Assembly: GCA_964187785.1 (NCBI GenBank)
Contig: OZ076409.1
Span: forward strand, 27,654,001-27,718,000
DNA length: 64,000 nucleotides
Origin: Amphiscolops sp. MND2022
Lineage: Eukaryota
Direction of reading: 5' to 3'
Under the pieces are notes generated by a model. That model ran no database searches, had not been told where the DNA came from, and saw nothing but the letters and a program-made list of their open reading frames with translations. The position numbers were made by a program, and so were the translations under genes. This document shows positions 1-12,498 of this stretch, one piece after another (the stretch's first letter is position 1; every line of letters starts with the position of its first letter).

Positions 1-1994
1 AGACGAAAAATGATGAGGGCGAAGCCTTGTTCGTTTTTCTCAGAGCATTGCGAGCCACCTAAAATTCTTTTTCCCGAGCCAGATATTAGAAAACGTTATC
101 GTCAAGCAGTTTTTTGAGGCCCTCCAATGAAATATTGAATAAGTTACTAGCCAATTTTAATTTTCATACAATAGCCACTTATTGGTCATCATTAGTTACA
201 AAAGCCAAAATTTTTCAGAAGAAGGTACGGCCAGTGGCAATACAATAAAAACGTTCCACTAGACCTATCAGGCTAGGAACAAAACTTTTTAACCCGCTAA
301 TTTACTTGAAAACAAAAAAAATTAGCGATTTTTGTTTGTGAAGACCCAAAATGGCCTAACAGACCAAATGTGGTGAGGGCGAAGCCTTGAGCGTTTGTTC
401 CAAAGCTTTCAGAGCTGCCCAAAAACATTGTTCCCGAGCTTGGTGGTACAAAACACTACTGCCAAGACGTTTTTTACCCTTCCCCAATATAAATTAAAAG
501 TTTAACCCTTGACATTCTATTGTTATACATAGACCTGAGTAGAGGACCCCATAGACCTGAGAGTTATAACATCAAAACTAATAATTGAAACAATCCCAGT
601 CCCGTGAATAAAGTTATTACACCTTATTACGTTACGTTTAGAACTATCCCGAACATCTGAGAACCGAAGAATAAAAAGTTCCTAGGGAAAATACGTGTTT
701 TTCATAGGTGTTCCCAGAGTGTCCAAGGTGTAACCTAAAATCAATTTTGAGAGACCTTATTTGGAACCTGCCAGGTTTCGCTCGCCTATTTTCTGTTAGT
801 AGAGAGTACTAGATTACTAACGCCGAAAACCGCGAGTGATTCCAACCAGTGGTTGTTGAGAAATAGCCCAAAACGTGCTATTTTTGCGACCTTATCGGAA
901 CATCATTACGATACACGTACCGGTAAGCTGCCTTTAGTCAAGCAGCGTAATCTGAGTAAAATGGTAAAATGGTCATTCAGCGTAAGTTAGTCAAGACGGT
1001 CTATGCTTCAACGGTGTAGCAAAATCAACGCGCGTAATGGAAAATTGTGTAAGTTAGTCAAAACACGTAATTAGAAAAAAGCGGAAGTTAGTCCAAAAAT
1101 ACTCTTTTTCGTAAGTCAGTCAAAACGTTGACTAACTTCCACTTTTTGCAAATTGAGGGACTCCTATACTTCCGAAAAGTGGAATGTGGTCAAAGTTTTG
1201 ACTAACTTACACCATGTTTATATGCATTCAAAACTCAGTGTTCATTTTAATTCTAATTCGTACCACAGCATCATAAACCAGTCAAAGTAAACAATGATTC
1301 AATAAATAATTAGTTATCATTACTGAGCTCTACCGTGCATAGTACGTATAAACTGCATTCAATGCAAGTTGCACACGTGAACACGTGTGTTTCATCCACG
1401 CATTTACGTGCAAATAAAATACCTTGTAGCTTCTAATTAGTACAATTGATTGATCTGTCAACAGGTTTCCTATTTTAACAAAACAATTTTAAAGCAGCCC
1501 TCATTAATAGTTGCCTAACTAATTTTAATTTTGGCCCCTGTCGTGAGCACAGTCACCGGAATGATTGGTTAACTTGTTATTTTGGTCTGGGTATTTTGAG
1601 CCAGGGTATTGGCAAGGATCTATTTTGATCCCTGTCGTGAGCAACATCAAGAAAAGTTGTAACAAATAATCTATACGAAGTTGAAACTTTATCAAACCGA
1701 AAACAGTAGTTTATGGAATACCGATCTTGAATTATTGAACTAAAAACGAAGTTTGGACCATGTGCCTTATCCTCCCTCAGATAAATACTGTTTCTTATCC
1801 AACAACACCCCCCCCATCCTTCAATTGGTCAAATGGAAAAGAGAATGAGAGAATTGATTTCAAAATTGAATTACTTTGTATCATGGTTAAGCATTAAAAG
1901 CATTGAATAAAGCCACGTGACATATACGTCACGTTACATATACGGTACATGTATGTTTTAAAAGTTTTTGAACGTGTGCAAAGCAGCGGCAAGT

Positions 1995-2210
1995 GGGGAT
2001 GTTGGCGCGGTGGATAAGTCCATCGGATGTGACTGTTAGTCACTGAGTACCACAGGATCGATCCCAGCCATTAGCACACTGGCGAATCGATACATACAAC
2101 TCTTACAAAGATACCCTTCATATTTGGCAGCTCATGTCTCTCGGGCCGAATATTCCACATTGAAGGAATCAGCACCGCTGCAACATCCTTTTTGATGAGA
2201 GGAACTCCAA
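1995..2210 (+). mobile_element. tRNA-derived SINE-like head and body
   Basis: Pol III A box TGGCGCGGTGG (2003-2013) and B box GGATCGATCCC (2055-2065). No clean cloverleaf. Followed by a ~55-bp module repeated at ~2831, ~3300 and ~3383. Confidence 0.6.
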
Positions 2211-2307
2211 GGTGTGACCTTGTTCTGTGCCGCAACTTTGTGTGCCCCAAAAATGATGCAATGATGATTGCTAATGATTGCAATGATTAGAGATGGCGAG
2301 ATACTAG

Positions 2308-2732
2308 CAGGGATGTTAAAATATTTATTTATCGTTTCGATAACCGCGATAAAATATCGGAATACATTATTGTTGCCTAGAAAATATTCAGATTTTTTAT
2401 TGTCCAATAAAAATGAATTCCAATAATCGTGTGAAGCGTGCCTCGATTATCGACCAGTCTAAAAGCGAAACACATTTTGTCGCCAGAAAGAAAGCGATTA
2501 TACCCAATGCATGTTGAAGCCCTCATGTTTCTCAAAGCAAACGAAAAATTATGGGATGCAATATTGGTTTCGAAACTTTAGCAGCTAGAACTGTGAACAA
2601 CGATAATCGAAAATACTTCGATAATTTATTGTTGAGTTTGTAAAAATCCGATAATTTATCGCTGTGTTTGAAAAATATAAATAATTTATTGTTGTTCACA
2701 ATATTATTGCGATAAAATAATTAACATCCCTG
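2308..2732 (+). mobile_element. hAT-derived MITE retaining the transposase C-terminus
   Basis: 12-bp TIR CAGGGATGTTAA/TTAACATCCCTG and 8-bp TSD GATACTAG (2300-2307, 2733-2740). Internal remnant translates as AKHILSPERKRLYPMHVEALMFLKANEKLWD, resembling the hAT dimerisation domain. Confidence 0.9.
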
Positions 2733-3141
2733 GATACTAGTATCCAAATTCTGGCCCCCATTCCTGGCTGCCAATGATATTCATAAAACTCTGACAAAGA
2801 CACCCTTCCTATTCGGCGTCTCATGTCGCCGAATATTCCACATTGATGGTATTAACACCGCCGAAATATCCTTTTTGATGAGAGGAACTTTGATGGTGAA
2901 TTCCCAAATAACATAAGAGCAAATAACATAAAAACGAAATTAGTTTCAAATAACATAAAAATGAAATGAGTTTGACTAAACATAAAAATAAAATTGTTTA
3001 CGAGAAGGTTTTAGCTGTCAAAAGCATTCACAATTCAAAAGATTCACTCAAAAAAGTATGAAAATTACTAATAAACTTTCGTGAGTTCGATTACTTAACC
3101 GGGTATTCGGTTTTATTTTTATGTTATTTGAACCTAATTTT

Positions 3142-3291
<150 letters not shown>

Positions 3292-3535
3292 TGTAGTAGA
3301 AAATCCCACATTGAAGGTATCAACACCGCTGTAACATCCTTGTAGTAGTAGTAGTAGCCTACCCAGTAGGCTACCTTCTGAGAAAATCCCACATTGAAGG
3401 AATCAACACCGCTGTAACATCCTTGTTGATGAGAGGAACTCTTGAATGTAAACTTCCTTAAAAAGTTTAGACTGGTCCGATTAACTGTTTAAACTGATTG
3501 ATTACGCAAAAATAGTGTGAAGAATTGAGATTCTA

Positions 3536-3650
3536 AATTCCAAACTCTCAATTTGAAAAAAATTAAATTGATGGTTTCTAGTTTGTATTCAACTTGAATA
3601 CAAACTAGAAACCATCAATTTAATTTTTTTCAAAGTGAGAGTTTGGAATT
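3536..3650. repeat. Long palindrome, 57-bp arms, 1-nt spacer
   Basis: Centred on 3593; one mismatch seen. Confidence 0.92.
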
Positions 3651-6609
3651 GAGATACAAACATTCTTTTTTTGAAATCTTCTGATCTTTTTTTGATACCT
3701 GTCGTGAGCTTCAGCAAAAACTGTTCCGAAAAATTGTTTTTTCGATTAACTGTACTCTTTTGTACGAAAGAAAGGAAAGTAAAGACAAGATTAAAAAGCC
3801 ATTAGTTTAAAAGTAACCCGCTTTTGAGTTTTGTAAACGAACGATTTTCATAAATCAGGGAAGTTTACAAAAGTGTACTTCCCAAACAAATGAAAGTAGG
3901 TCTCATAATGAAGGGGCGGTTGCTTCATTGAACTTGGTAATTTTGGTCCCTGTCGTGAGCACTTCCTGTAGTCAGATTTACTGTTTATGCGATTTGATAC
4001 TGTGTAGGCGAATCAAGCAGTGTAGTTACGAGTCGGCGTGTGTAGCTCACCAGTAAAAACCCGTAATTGCCAGAACTATGTGTAAATATGAGATGCACAG
4101 TGTAGTTAGTCAAATTGCTTAAACTAGTCATATGGTGTAAGCTAGTCAATTACTGTACTATCCAATGGTGTAAACTAGTCAACGTACGTAGCAAAATCAA
4201 CGAGTGTAACGGCCTATCAATGCGCGTAATGTGAGAAAAGTGTAAAACTTCCAAAAAAAATATTCGCGCTCTGATTGGACAAAAATCGAACTAGCAGGAT
4301 CCTGCTAGTTCGTACCGGCATGTGTATCGTAATGATTGAAATAGTGTTTCAAAGAAAGGTCGAAATCTCTCCTAGCAGGAGTAGCCCAAAACGGATTGCA
4401 CCATCGTGTAGACCGCAAAAAGTTACGTTAGTGGTGTAATTTTCGTAGCGCTACTGTTACTAGTGATCGAGAAATCTTAGCCGCAGTTTTGCTCAAAAAT
4501 GATCCGAAAATGTCGAAAAAATTGAATTTTAGTTGAGCATAGTGCAATACCTCGCAGGTACCCCAACACTAAAATTCTTGCATTTTCGTGCACACGGCAC
4601 TGGATCACGACGATTTGTGCAATTTGAGCAGCCGGCTACTAGCCAAAGCTGAGAAATTGACATTATTGTGATTTTTGACCCGAAAAAGCGGTACCTCTGG
4701 TACATCAAGGTTTTGTCACTTCATATCGCCAGATATTGATCAAGGCACCTCGCCGCTCTGTTTTTCTCTTACGTGGGCAAAAGCTACGCTCGCATGCAAA
4801 TTTTCAGGTGGCTGGGAAGCCTAGAAGGCGAGTTTGACCACTTTTTGAGAATTTCACGACATAGTCAATTTTTCAGTGAACATTGTTAAGTGGCCGTGAC
4901 ACCCACAGGATCAATTTTAGCGCAATCGGAGAATCATTCCCCACGATTCAACCAGTGTATTAGACGGTGTGAAATTTTCAAATCGCTAGCAGCGCTAGAA
5001 GTGATTTTCACCTTCCCCGGAGGTGCATGTTGACGAAAAAATTGTTGATTTTGGGCATTTTTGCAAAAAATCACATAGTTTTTCTCAGTGTACATGCCAG
5101 TGAGGGCCAAGACGACCCAATTAGCATACCGAGCGCCCTCAGGACGTCTTCTTGAATCACTTTGAATAGTGCTAAGCTGACCCCAAGATCTCGGGTCTCT
5201 GAGAAAACCGATCTATGAGACATGGAGGTGAAAAACCGAAAATGGAAATTCGCCTCCCGGCTGCTATCAAAGTCACTTGAGTGCAATCTGTTCATTGAGA
5301 TTACGCATACTCAGTGCCCCATGGGCCCTACGGGTGCTGGAGCGCGTTTATAGGCACTTTTAGAAGTTTAGACTTTGTACGCAGTGCGTCTCAAAACAGG
5401 ACAACAAGTGCAGTAGCGACTACCATAGTCGAAAAAGAACGCTTTTTCTGATCGTGCTACGATCGTAAGGCAAGAAAGCACTTCAAACTCAGTGTCCATT
5501 GTCCTACTCACCCCCAAAGTCTACCGGTAGTCCCTAATTACATTTTTGTTATCACTTATGCTCTCCAGAAACATGGCAGCATGAGTGCCAAACGGACATT
5601 TCAGACAATCTAACATCTGTAGCCAAGCAGACTTCTCAAAAAATCAGTGTTCGCTGCTCAATTCTTGCCTATGGCGTACTTTGGTGCTCGGTACCACAGT
5701 TGCGTGAACCATGTTGATGTGAAAACACCGGACCAGAGATTGGCCCGGGGAGTACCCGTACTCACCCGAGAGAAGTCAACACCAAGCATGATGAAACACC
5801 TAGAGCTTCGAAGCTCTGAGAACTGCTTGGCCAGCGGCCGTGCTTTTAGAACCCGAATGATTGTTCTGGAACTTGTTTTTAATGCCGAAGACTGTTTTCA
5901 TGATCTATCATGCCTGATTTTTGACTCTTATTGGTTCTGCTCTATCACCGTTAGTGACATTGTCCCCTCTTGAGAAGTAGTTTGTTTCCATCTCTTGCAA
6001 ATACGCTGGTGCTTGTACTACCTAGACAATAACTTGAACTGAGCGTACACTGCTGACACAATAGATTGAATAGTTCCTCATTTTTGGTGATATTTTTGAT
6101 TTTTTGAGGCCTGTTTCACCATTGGTGCTAGTTATTGTGCAGTTTCTGTTGGCCATGAACTTTGCAAGACCACAGCTGTTACTTTTATTTTTCGCTTTTC
6201 AAGTGCTATCGTGCATTTTGTAAAACCTAACCTATCAGGCGGACCCCAGGTCAGTGCCAGGCCTATTGTGATGAGTGCTTTTTATGCAGATGCAATAAGG
6301 TGCTAAAAATTTTGAAATTTTGGTGCGAAATTAAAAGTTTGAATTTGTTTTGAATATAAGGCTAAGTGTCTAAAGTTGCTAATATTTTTCCAGTGCAAGA
6401 ATCCGTTGTTGGTGTGGAATCCAAAGAAACCTGCTAGGCTGGCAAAAACTCATGTTTTTGGGCAATAACGTGTTTTTGGGCAACGACTTCCATTTAGATT
6501 CCTGAAGTACCATGTTGCAACAGTATCACTGGATCACTGGATGGTAGCAACCAAGATGTGAACGTCCTCTCTCGTTTGTCGAGGACGACAAACTACGGCC
6601 CGGGGAGGA

Positions 6610-7363
6610 TGTAACGTCCGGCAGTCGGCGTTGCAGAAGTTTTAGAAAATTTCGATCAAAAATTCGAAATGTGCGACATCAAACAAGCACATTCAAGATG
6701 GCCGACCCGGCAGGTATGAAAACCGTAGAGGAAGCAAAAATAAAGGCAAAACACGCCCAAAAAGACCCAACCCACCACCCAGGAATGAGAATGTCCGAGA
6801 TGTCATCACCCAAAAGGCGTGAGAATCAGGAATTCGGCCATCTGACAGCAAAAAGACAGGGTTTTGGCAGAAAAGTGCCAAATGAGACCATTGTGCCCCG
6901 AAGATGAGGAATGATGCCAGAGGCAGGAAGCCGATGATCGCCACCGAACTGTAACTGTATACTTTATTGGGGCCTATCCCCACCTACTTTGACTGTTTAT
7001 AGCGTATTTGGATAATGTTTGACCTACTAGGGCCTCATTTTAGTCCTTATTCACCAATATAATGTATTTCAGCTAGACACCCTTTTGGACCTCGGAAGTA
7101 TGTAGGAAGTCGTAGGAACGTGCTAGAAACCTTAGGATACGTTTTTACAGGCTTGTGGGGCGTGTCCGGACTTTGAGAGTGCCGGCACGTCGCTTCGGAG
7201 CTCTAACTAGAGGAGCCTCCTTAGACGTTAGAAAAGTCCCCCTTGGAGACCATTTTGGGATCAAAAACTAGTGTCTAGGTATGTAGTAAGACAACGGTCT
7301 CCTGTTTAAGCATCCTAGGCATTGTCCCTCTTCCTAGATGTGCGCCGCTAGCCGGACGTTACA
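6610..7363 (+). repeat. 3' LTR of the deleted family A relative (754 bp)
   Basis: TGTAACGTCCGGC...GCCGGACGTTACA, preceded by GGCCCGGGGAGGA. Last ~280 bp closely match 19840-20120. Confidence 0.92.
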
Positions 7364-8825
7364 GATCTGAAAAAAAACATCTCATAAGACCCAAAAAATA
7401 TCAAAGGGATTGATGTCAAAGGAATAACGTCTAATATGTAGCCATCATGGACATAATTTCTCGTGTTTTTCGTCAGACCTTCAATTAATTCCAAATCTGA
7501 CAACATCAATCTCTAGAAACCAAACTTTATTAGTTCGTCCACATTTCTTCGTTTCAAAACTTTTTCGATTTCGGATAACTTTCCATCTTCTCGGATTCCT
7601 CGGATGTTCCAAGTTCCTACACAAAAAGTGCGTTTGAGATCCATAATTATTGCAGTGAAACAATAATCAAGCAGCTGATCACTTCTGCTTCCCTTGCTCT
7701 GAGATAAAGGAAAACCTGCATGAAAATGATGACAACCAAAAATGATAAAATTCAAAATGGCCGCGTCCTTCAATCAATTTCGAATTTTTCAAAGTTAGAA
7801 ATTTTTTTTTCAAATGGAAGTTTTTCTTTGACGCAACTTCAAGTTTCCAAAAAAATGAATTCAAAACTTTTTTTTCGCGATTTGAAGTTTTTCAATTTTC
7901 ACGATTAGTCCCATGCATGGCCATGCATGGTCCATGCATGGCCATGCATGGGATGTGACTTTTTACATGGACCATGCATGGCATCGCATGGGACCTCGGT
8001 ACGGGTAGTGTTTTGCCATTGAAATCTCTTCATGGTCATAAACACGCTAATGAAAACCTTTCACAAGTGGTACCAAGTTTCGAAGAAAGATCGAAAACTT
8101 GAAAAAATAGGCATTTTCAGAGCAATCATGTATCATTTTGCAGGGAAGCTTACTTAGATGAGTCCCATTTTGTACAAAATTTGATCGAATATAACAGTCA
8201 CTAGGTGTTTTCGTCAGATCACAGAATTTATCTGGATGGCCTCTATTCATTTTTTGAAAAGACTTTGTTCACGCAGCGATTGGCTCATTGGTTATGATGC
8301 GCTCTTCTGCGCGCCAAGCAGAAGGTCATGGATTGGAAACCGTCCATGTTTAAATGTTTTTGCTGGGTCAAATGGTCCCCTTAGGGTTTTTCGGCAATAC
8401 TTTTTTCCTGCTACTTTTTTCCTGTGGTAGCAGGATAATTATTCATATTTCAAAAATTCAACATTTTTTCAGTACAATTCTTGTCGTGATACTGAAAAAT
8501 TCAGATACTTTGTTCGGCAGTGAGTATAAGAGTGAGATTCAAATTTCTCAAGCTGCCCACAACAATTCGTTTATTAATTGTGCGCTATATAAATGAACAA
8601 TATATGCTTCTGTTATTGAACACGAAAGCCTAAAAGCAGAAATAATACTGTGCTCCGGAGGGGCCTATTTTTAAAAATCACATTGTACTTCAAAAAATTA
8701 TAAAAATCTAGAACAATTACAGAGAAAACCGATTTCAAATAACTTGCTGAACCAAACTTCTACAGTAATAGATACACCTAACAAAAGCTTTTACCATTTA
8801 TCATTCTGTCCTCTAGTTATTTCAT

Positions 8826-9428
8826 TCATGATTGTTCATGAATTCTGTCGTGGTCATCCCTACAGTCTAATGAGCTTAGTGAGCCATCTCTAGATTGGGG
8901 ATGATTGTTTGAATTCGATTGTACTCTACATTTGGTATTTTCCCAAACACTTTGGTGTTTTTTACCTTCGGTGTTCCTGCTTAGTCTACTAGACCTTGAG
9001 TCCACATTCGTCCCTAACCCACTATTTTGTCCTGACAATGAACTTTGGATCGAAGGAAGGATCGAGTCCTGAATCGCTGAGTTAATAGACTCTGTGATTT
9101 GTGTGTCGAGATTCCTTTTCAGTTCATCTATCTTCCTATTCATTTGGTAAGATATTTCCTCAGAGATGAGTCTATTGGTTTCCATTGTCATCTCACATCT
9201 ATTTCTATCTTCTGAGGTTAATAACGTCCTAAAATCCTCACAATTCCTGACCATGTCGGTCCTTGTCCTATTGGACCCTGAGTCCACTTCTACATTTTCA
9301 TTCAGATCAACGTCTGATTGATTTTCTGGGTAATTTCCTAACATGACATTCATATTTTCAAGATCAGAAAATACGTCTGATTGCCTCGCTCGCTTTTCCT
9401 TAGCTTTCTGTTTCCTTGTGGAAGGCAT
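8826..9428 (-). CDS. LTR-embedded ORF (MPSTRKQKAKEK...), coiled-coil; probable N-terminus of Gag/ORF1, open to the LTR end at 8846
   Basis: 200-aa ORF with a clear homologue at 45406-46055. The last codons are read-through into flanking DNA. Confidence 0.7.
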   Translation of the reverse strand: MPSTRKQKAKEKRARQSDVFSDLENMNVMLGNYPENQSDVDLNENVEVDSGSNRTRTDMVRNCEDFRTLLTSEDRNRCEMTMETNRLISEEISYQMNRKIDELKRNLDTQITESINSAIQDSILPSIQSSLSGQNSGLGTNVDSRSSRLSRNTEGKKHQSVWENTKCRVQSNSNNHPQSRDGSLSSLDCRDDHDRIHEQS

Positions 9429-10421
9429 TCAGAATGTGATGTTCCAAACAATAATTTATTGTTTGTAGCAATTTTATCAACAACTGAACGAAGTATAAAT
9501 GAGAACTAATATCATTATTTGAAACAATGCTGACAAAGTACAGGTTGACGTTGAGTACAAGAATGAACAATTATTGCAAGTAATCACTGATTGAGATTTT
9601 GGTGAGTATATCGTCTTGAATGATTGTCGGTGACCTGTGGTCCCTGTATAAATAGTTAGGGCAGCATGACACGCAAAATTGTTGCCATCACTTTCCCAAA
9701 AATAGCATCTTGTCCTGACGTCACAGTGACGCTACGGACGTAAATCTAAAATTAGCACTTCTTTGTGGGCAAGTAGGGCTAAGTGCTGAAAATAGCAACA
9801 ATTGATAGACTCAAAGGCTAATAGGACATCAAACGACTTAATGGGGGGGCGTTTAGCCTTCCAATCATCACTTTCATGATGTCCTAAACTATATTATTTA
9901 CATAGTAGTAATAACACCTACATGTAGTGGACTGTCGGTCCAAAGCAACTAAGCGAGACTAATGGTGAACAATGCACTGCAATATGATTGGTTAATTGGT
10001 TAATGTGCCATGCGTCCAAGTCGGCCAATGCTGACTACGATTTGAACACGTTTCCAATTAATCGTACAGTTTGCTTTATCGTTTACATTTCTACTGCTAT
10101 TCCAATTTCAACTAACTGGTTTACATGATAAAGTATACTATAATACATGTATAATCAAACTAATATGATGTACATTGTTAGCTCCGGATAAGTAATGATT
10201 CGACTATACGTCTATTGTAGACAGGTCGACCTAAGGTCCATAAACTAATAAGTAATTGGTTAAAACAGTACACAAGAACAGCATAATAATAAGAGTTGTT
10301 TTAAATGTACTACCAGTCTCCATACTTTAAAGTGGCAACACTCCATTAGGGAGGTATAATCCGTTGGCTTCATTTGGGGCTATTTGGTAATTGTTTCCAT
10401 CGCAGGCGGCAGTCTGCGACA
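8846..10421 (-). repeat. Complete family B LTR (1576 bp)
   Basis: Similar length, same termini and same ORF layout as the solo LTR at 44491-46055. Confidence 0.88.
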
Positions 10422-11148
10422 GTCCCCGGGGGACGAGAACGAAAGCGCCTGCCTGCATTCCGGCTTGAAAAGCGTGTCGTCCTCGCCGTCTTGTCTCGTA
10501 TGACTCTCCGGCTCGATGCGTCCTTTCTAAGTAGTTGAAAGTTACCTCCTCTTGGATTATGTCTGCCGATTTGCCACACACTAAACAATCGCCATGTTGT
10601 ACAAGGTTCTGTTCACCACAGTGTCCGCTCATCTTGACCGCTACTCCTGTGATATGCGAATATGGAGGCCAATAGATTTCTTCTTGGTCCCAGTGAGGCA
10701 TCTCAGGGGCGGGCTGATAACCTTGTTCATGTGGTGGCGGTGACTGAGGAGATTCCGGCAGTGGTTCTAGTTTACTGCATCCTGCTATTAGATGACTGTC
10801 CACGTCGGTTGGCCCTCCAGTCGGTGGGTGTAATCCCAGTACTAGATCGATCAACTCGCTGCTGGGTTCAGAGTTGAAGTAAGATCCTTGACTACAAAAG
10901 GTACTACCTTGAGATTCGCTACTTGCACAGCTGGACAAATCTAGTGTCATGCCACGTCTATCCGCTCTCTTGGGGATTGCTACTGGAGCTTCCCTGTAAC
11001 ATGCGATTACCTCAATGTCGCTGTCACTGTTTGGGTTCGCTCCGGTTTCAGACAACGGGCAGTCCACGTCCATTTCATCGTCTGATGACAAGTATGAGAG
11101 GCTCACCAATGGTTGGATGAGCTCGTCGACGGAAAATTGCAAAGACAT
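10327..11148 (-). CDS. 3' accessory ORF of family B (273 aa, Cys/His motif HCGEQNLVQHGDCLVC), ending inside the 3' LTR
   Basis: Intact ORF. Its last ~31 codons lie in the LTR and are conserved as protein at 44491-44582 and ~57264-57359. Confidence 0.7.
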   Translation of the reverse strand: MSLQFSVDELIQPLVSLSYLSSDDEMDVDCPLSETGANPNSDSDIEVIACYREAPVAIPKRADRRGMTLDLSSCASSESQGSTFCSQGSYFNSEPSSELIDLVLGLHPPTGGPTDVDSHLIAGCSKLEPLPESPQSPPPHEQGYQPAPEMPHWDQEEIYWPPYSHITGVAVKMSGHCGEQNLVQHGDCLVCGKSADIIQEEVTFNYLERTHRAGESYETRRRGRHAFQAGMQAGAFVLVPRGLSQTAACDGNNYQIAPNEANGLYLPNGVLPL

Positions 11149-12498
11149 CCCGGCTAGGTGTCTATTAAGAAGCAGTTTCTTAGCTATTTTGGTAGGTTAA
11201 GTAATCCGAAGTGACTGAATCTGGTGAAAATTGTGAGTTGAATGAGTCTTCGAGTTTTACCCCTTTTGCGAGATTTCCTTTCAGTCGGCGGGGAAATCAA
11301 TGGCGGGTTATATGGAGAACTATTCCCAAACATTTCCTTTTCTGGAGCCTTCGTAATTTTCCTTCTTGATTTTGCCTCTTTAATTACTCTCAACGTGATG
11401 GTAGCCACTCGTTCTGATAGCCCTTGAGGCCTTTTCAAAAGTTTACTGTTATAAATTAGGTGTCGTTAATTGCTAGCGAAAGTGTTTATTAACACTAATA
11501 TTCAGTCATCAAAGAATACCGGTCCGCCTCAACAAATGGCGACCTGCTAGCCAATCAAATTCTAGTGGTAAATGAATGAATTTTCTGAATGAAAATCTTG
11601 AATAGCTGAGTGAAAGAATGGAAAATGATGAAACTAATTTTAAAGTAATGGCAAAATGATGTACTAAAGGTGGTAGATGGTAGCAAATCAATAAGGACTA
11701 TAATCTGATTAAATAGAAAGTGTACTTCTCTGGAAGGTTCGGTAACACTTCATATCACAATAATGACGCAGTTTTAATTGATATTAGATAAGTAGGTAAG
11801 TTAACGTACATGTAGCCACGACGTCCTTTAATTCATAATGGAGTAATAATTATGTAATTAACCGTCTTGAAAGAATAGTAATGTAGCAGTGTGTAAGTAA
11901 TGGTGGTGTAGTCTCAAAGTCGAATTGACGCATGTCGTTGTAAACCAGTGTGCTTCAGTCGAATTTAACCTGTTATTGTGTAATGGTTAAACAGCATTCA
12001 AATTCAACATTTGAATTGTCTTAATTTCTCAATTCGCAATTTATTGAGCCAAATTGTGTTGCTCCTGTCTTCGTAGCAGCATCGCTCGCAGAATAGCAAT
12101 CTTCAGATCGCCTTTCTGTCCGACCTACATAGCCAAGAGATAACCACACTTTGCCTTCATCTAATTTGTTGTCACCTGTTGACTTCTAACTATTGCTATG
12201 TTACCTTTCTGTTCGTGGATCAGTGTCCCACCAGGCTGCTAGACCTACTTCGAACTAAAGTCAAGCCCGTATTACTGTATTCTCAAGCTGATCAGAACAA
12301 CTCAGAATTTGTTTCTCCCCAAATTCCTGTGGATTTATACTTGAAATTGGAGTTCTGTCTGTACAATCTAGTCAAACATCAGGTTGGTTCTTTTGAAATA
12401 TTTAGTCAAACTTGAGCTTGAGCTTGGGCTTGGGCTTCCTGTTGACTAAGAATTAACTTCCTCCATCGTGAGATTTCATACCTAGGGTATGAACAAAA

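Noticed and set aside
1995..2075. Functional tRNA gene
   Set aside because: A/B boxes are present, but there is no consistent acceptor or anticodon stem and no terminator; a SINE head is more likely.
7905..8006. CCATGCATGG palindromic array ending in GGTACGGG
   Set aside because: Probably a transposon subterminus, but no partner end or TSD was found.
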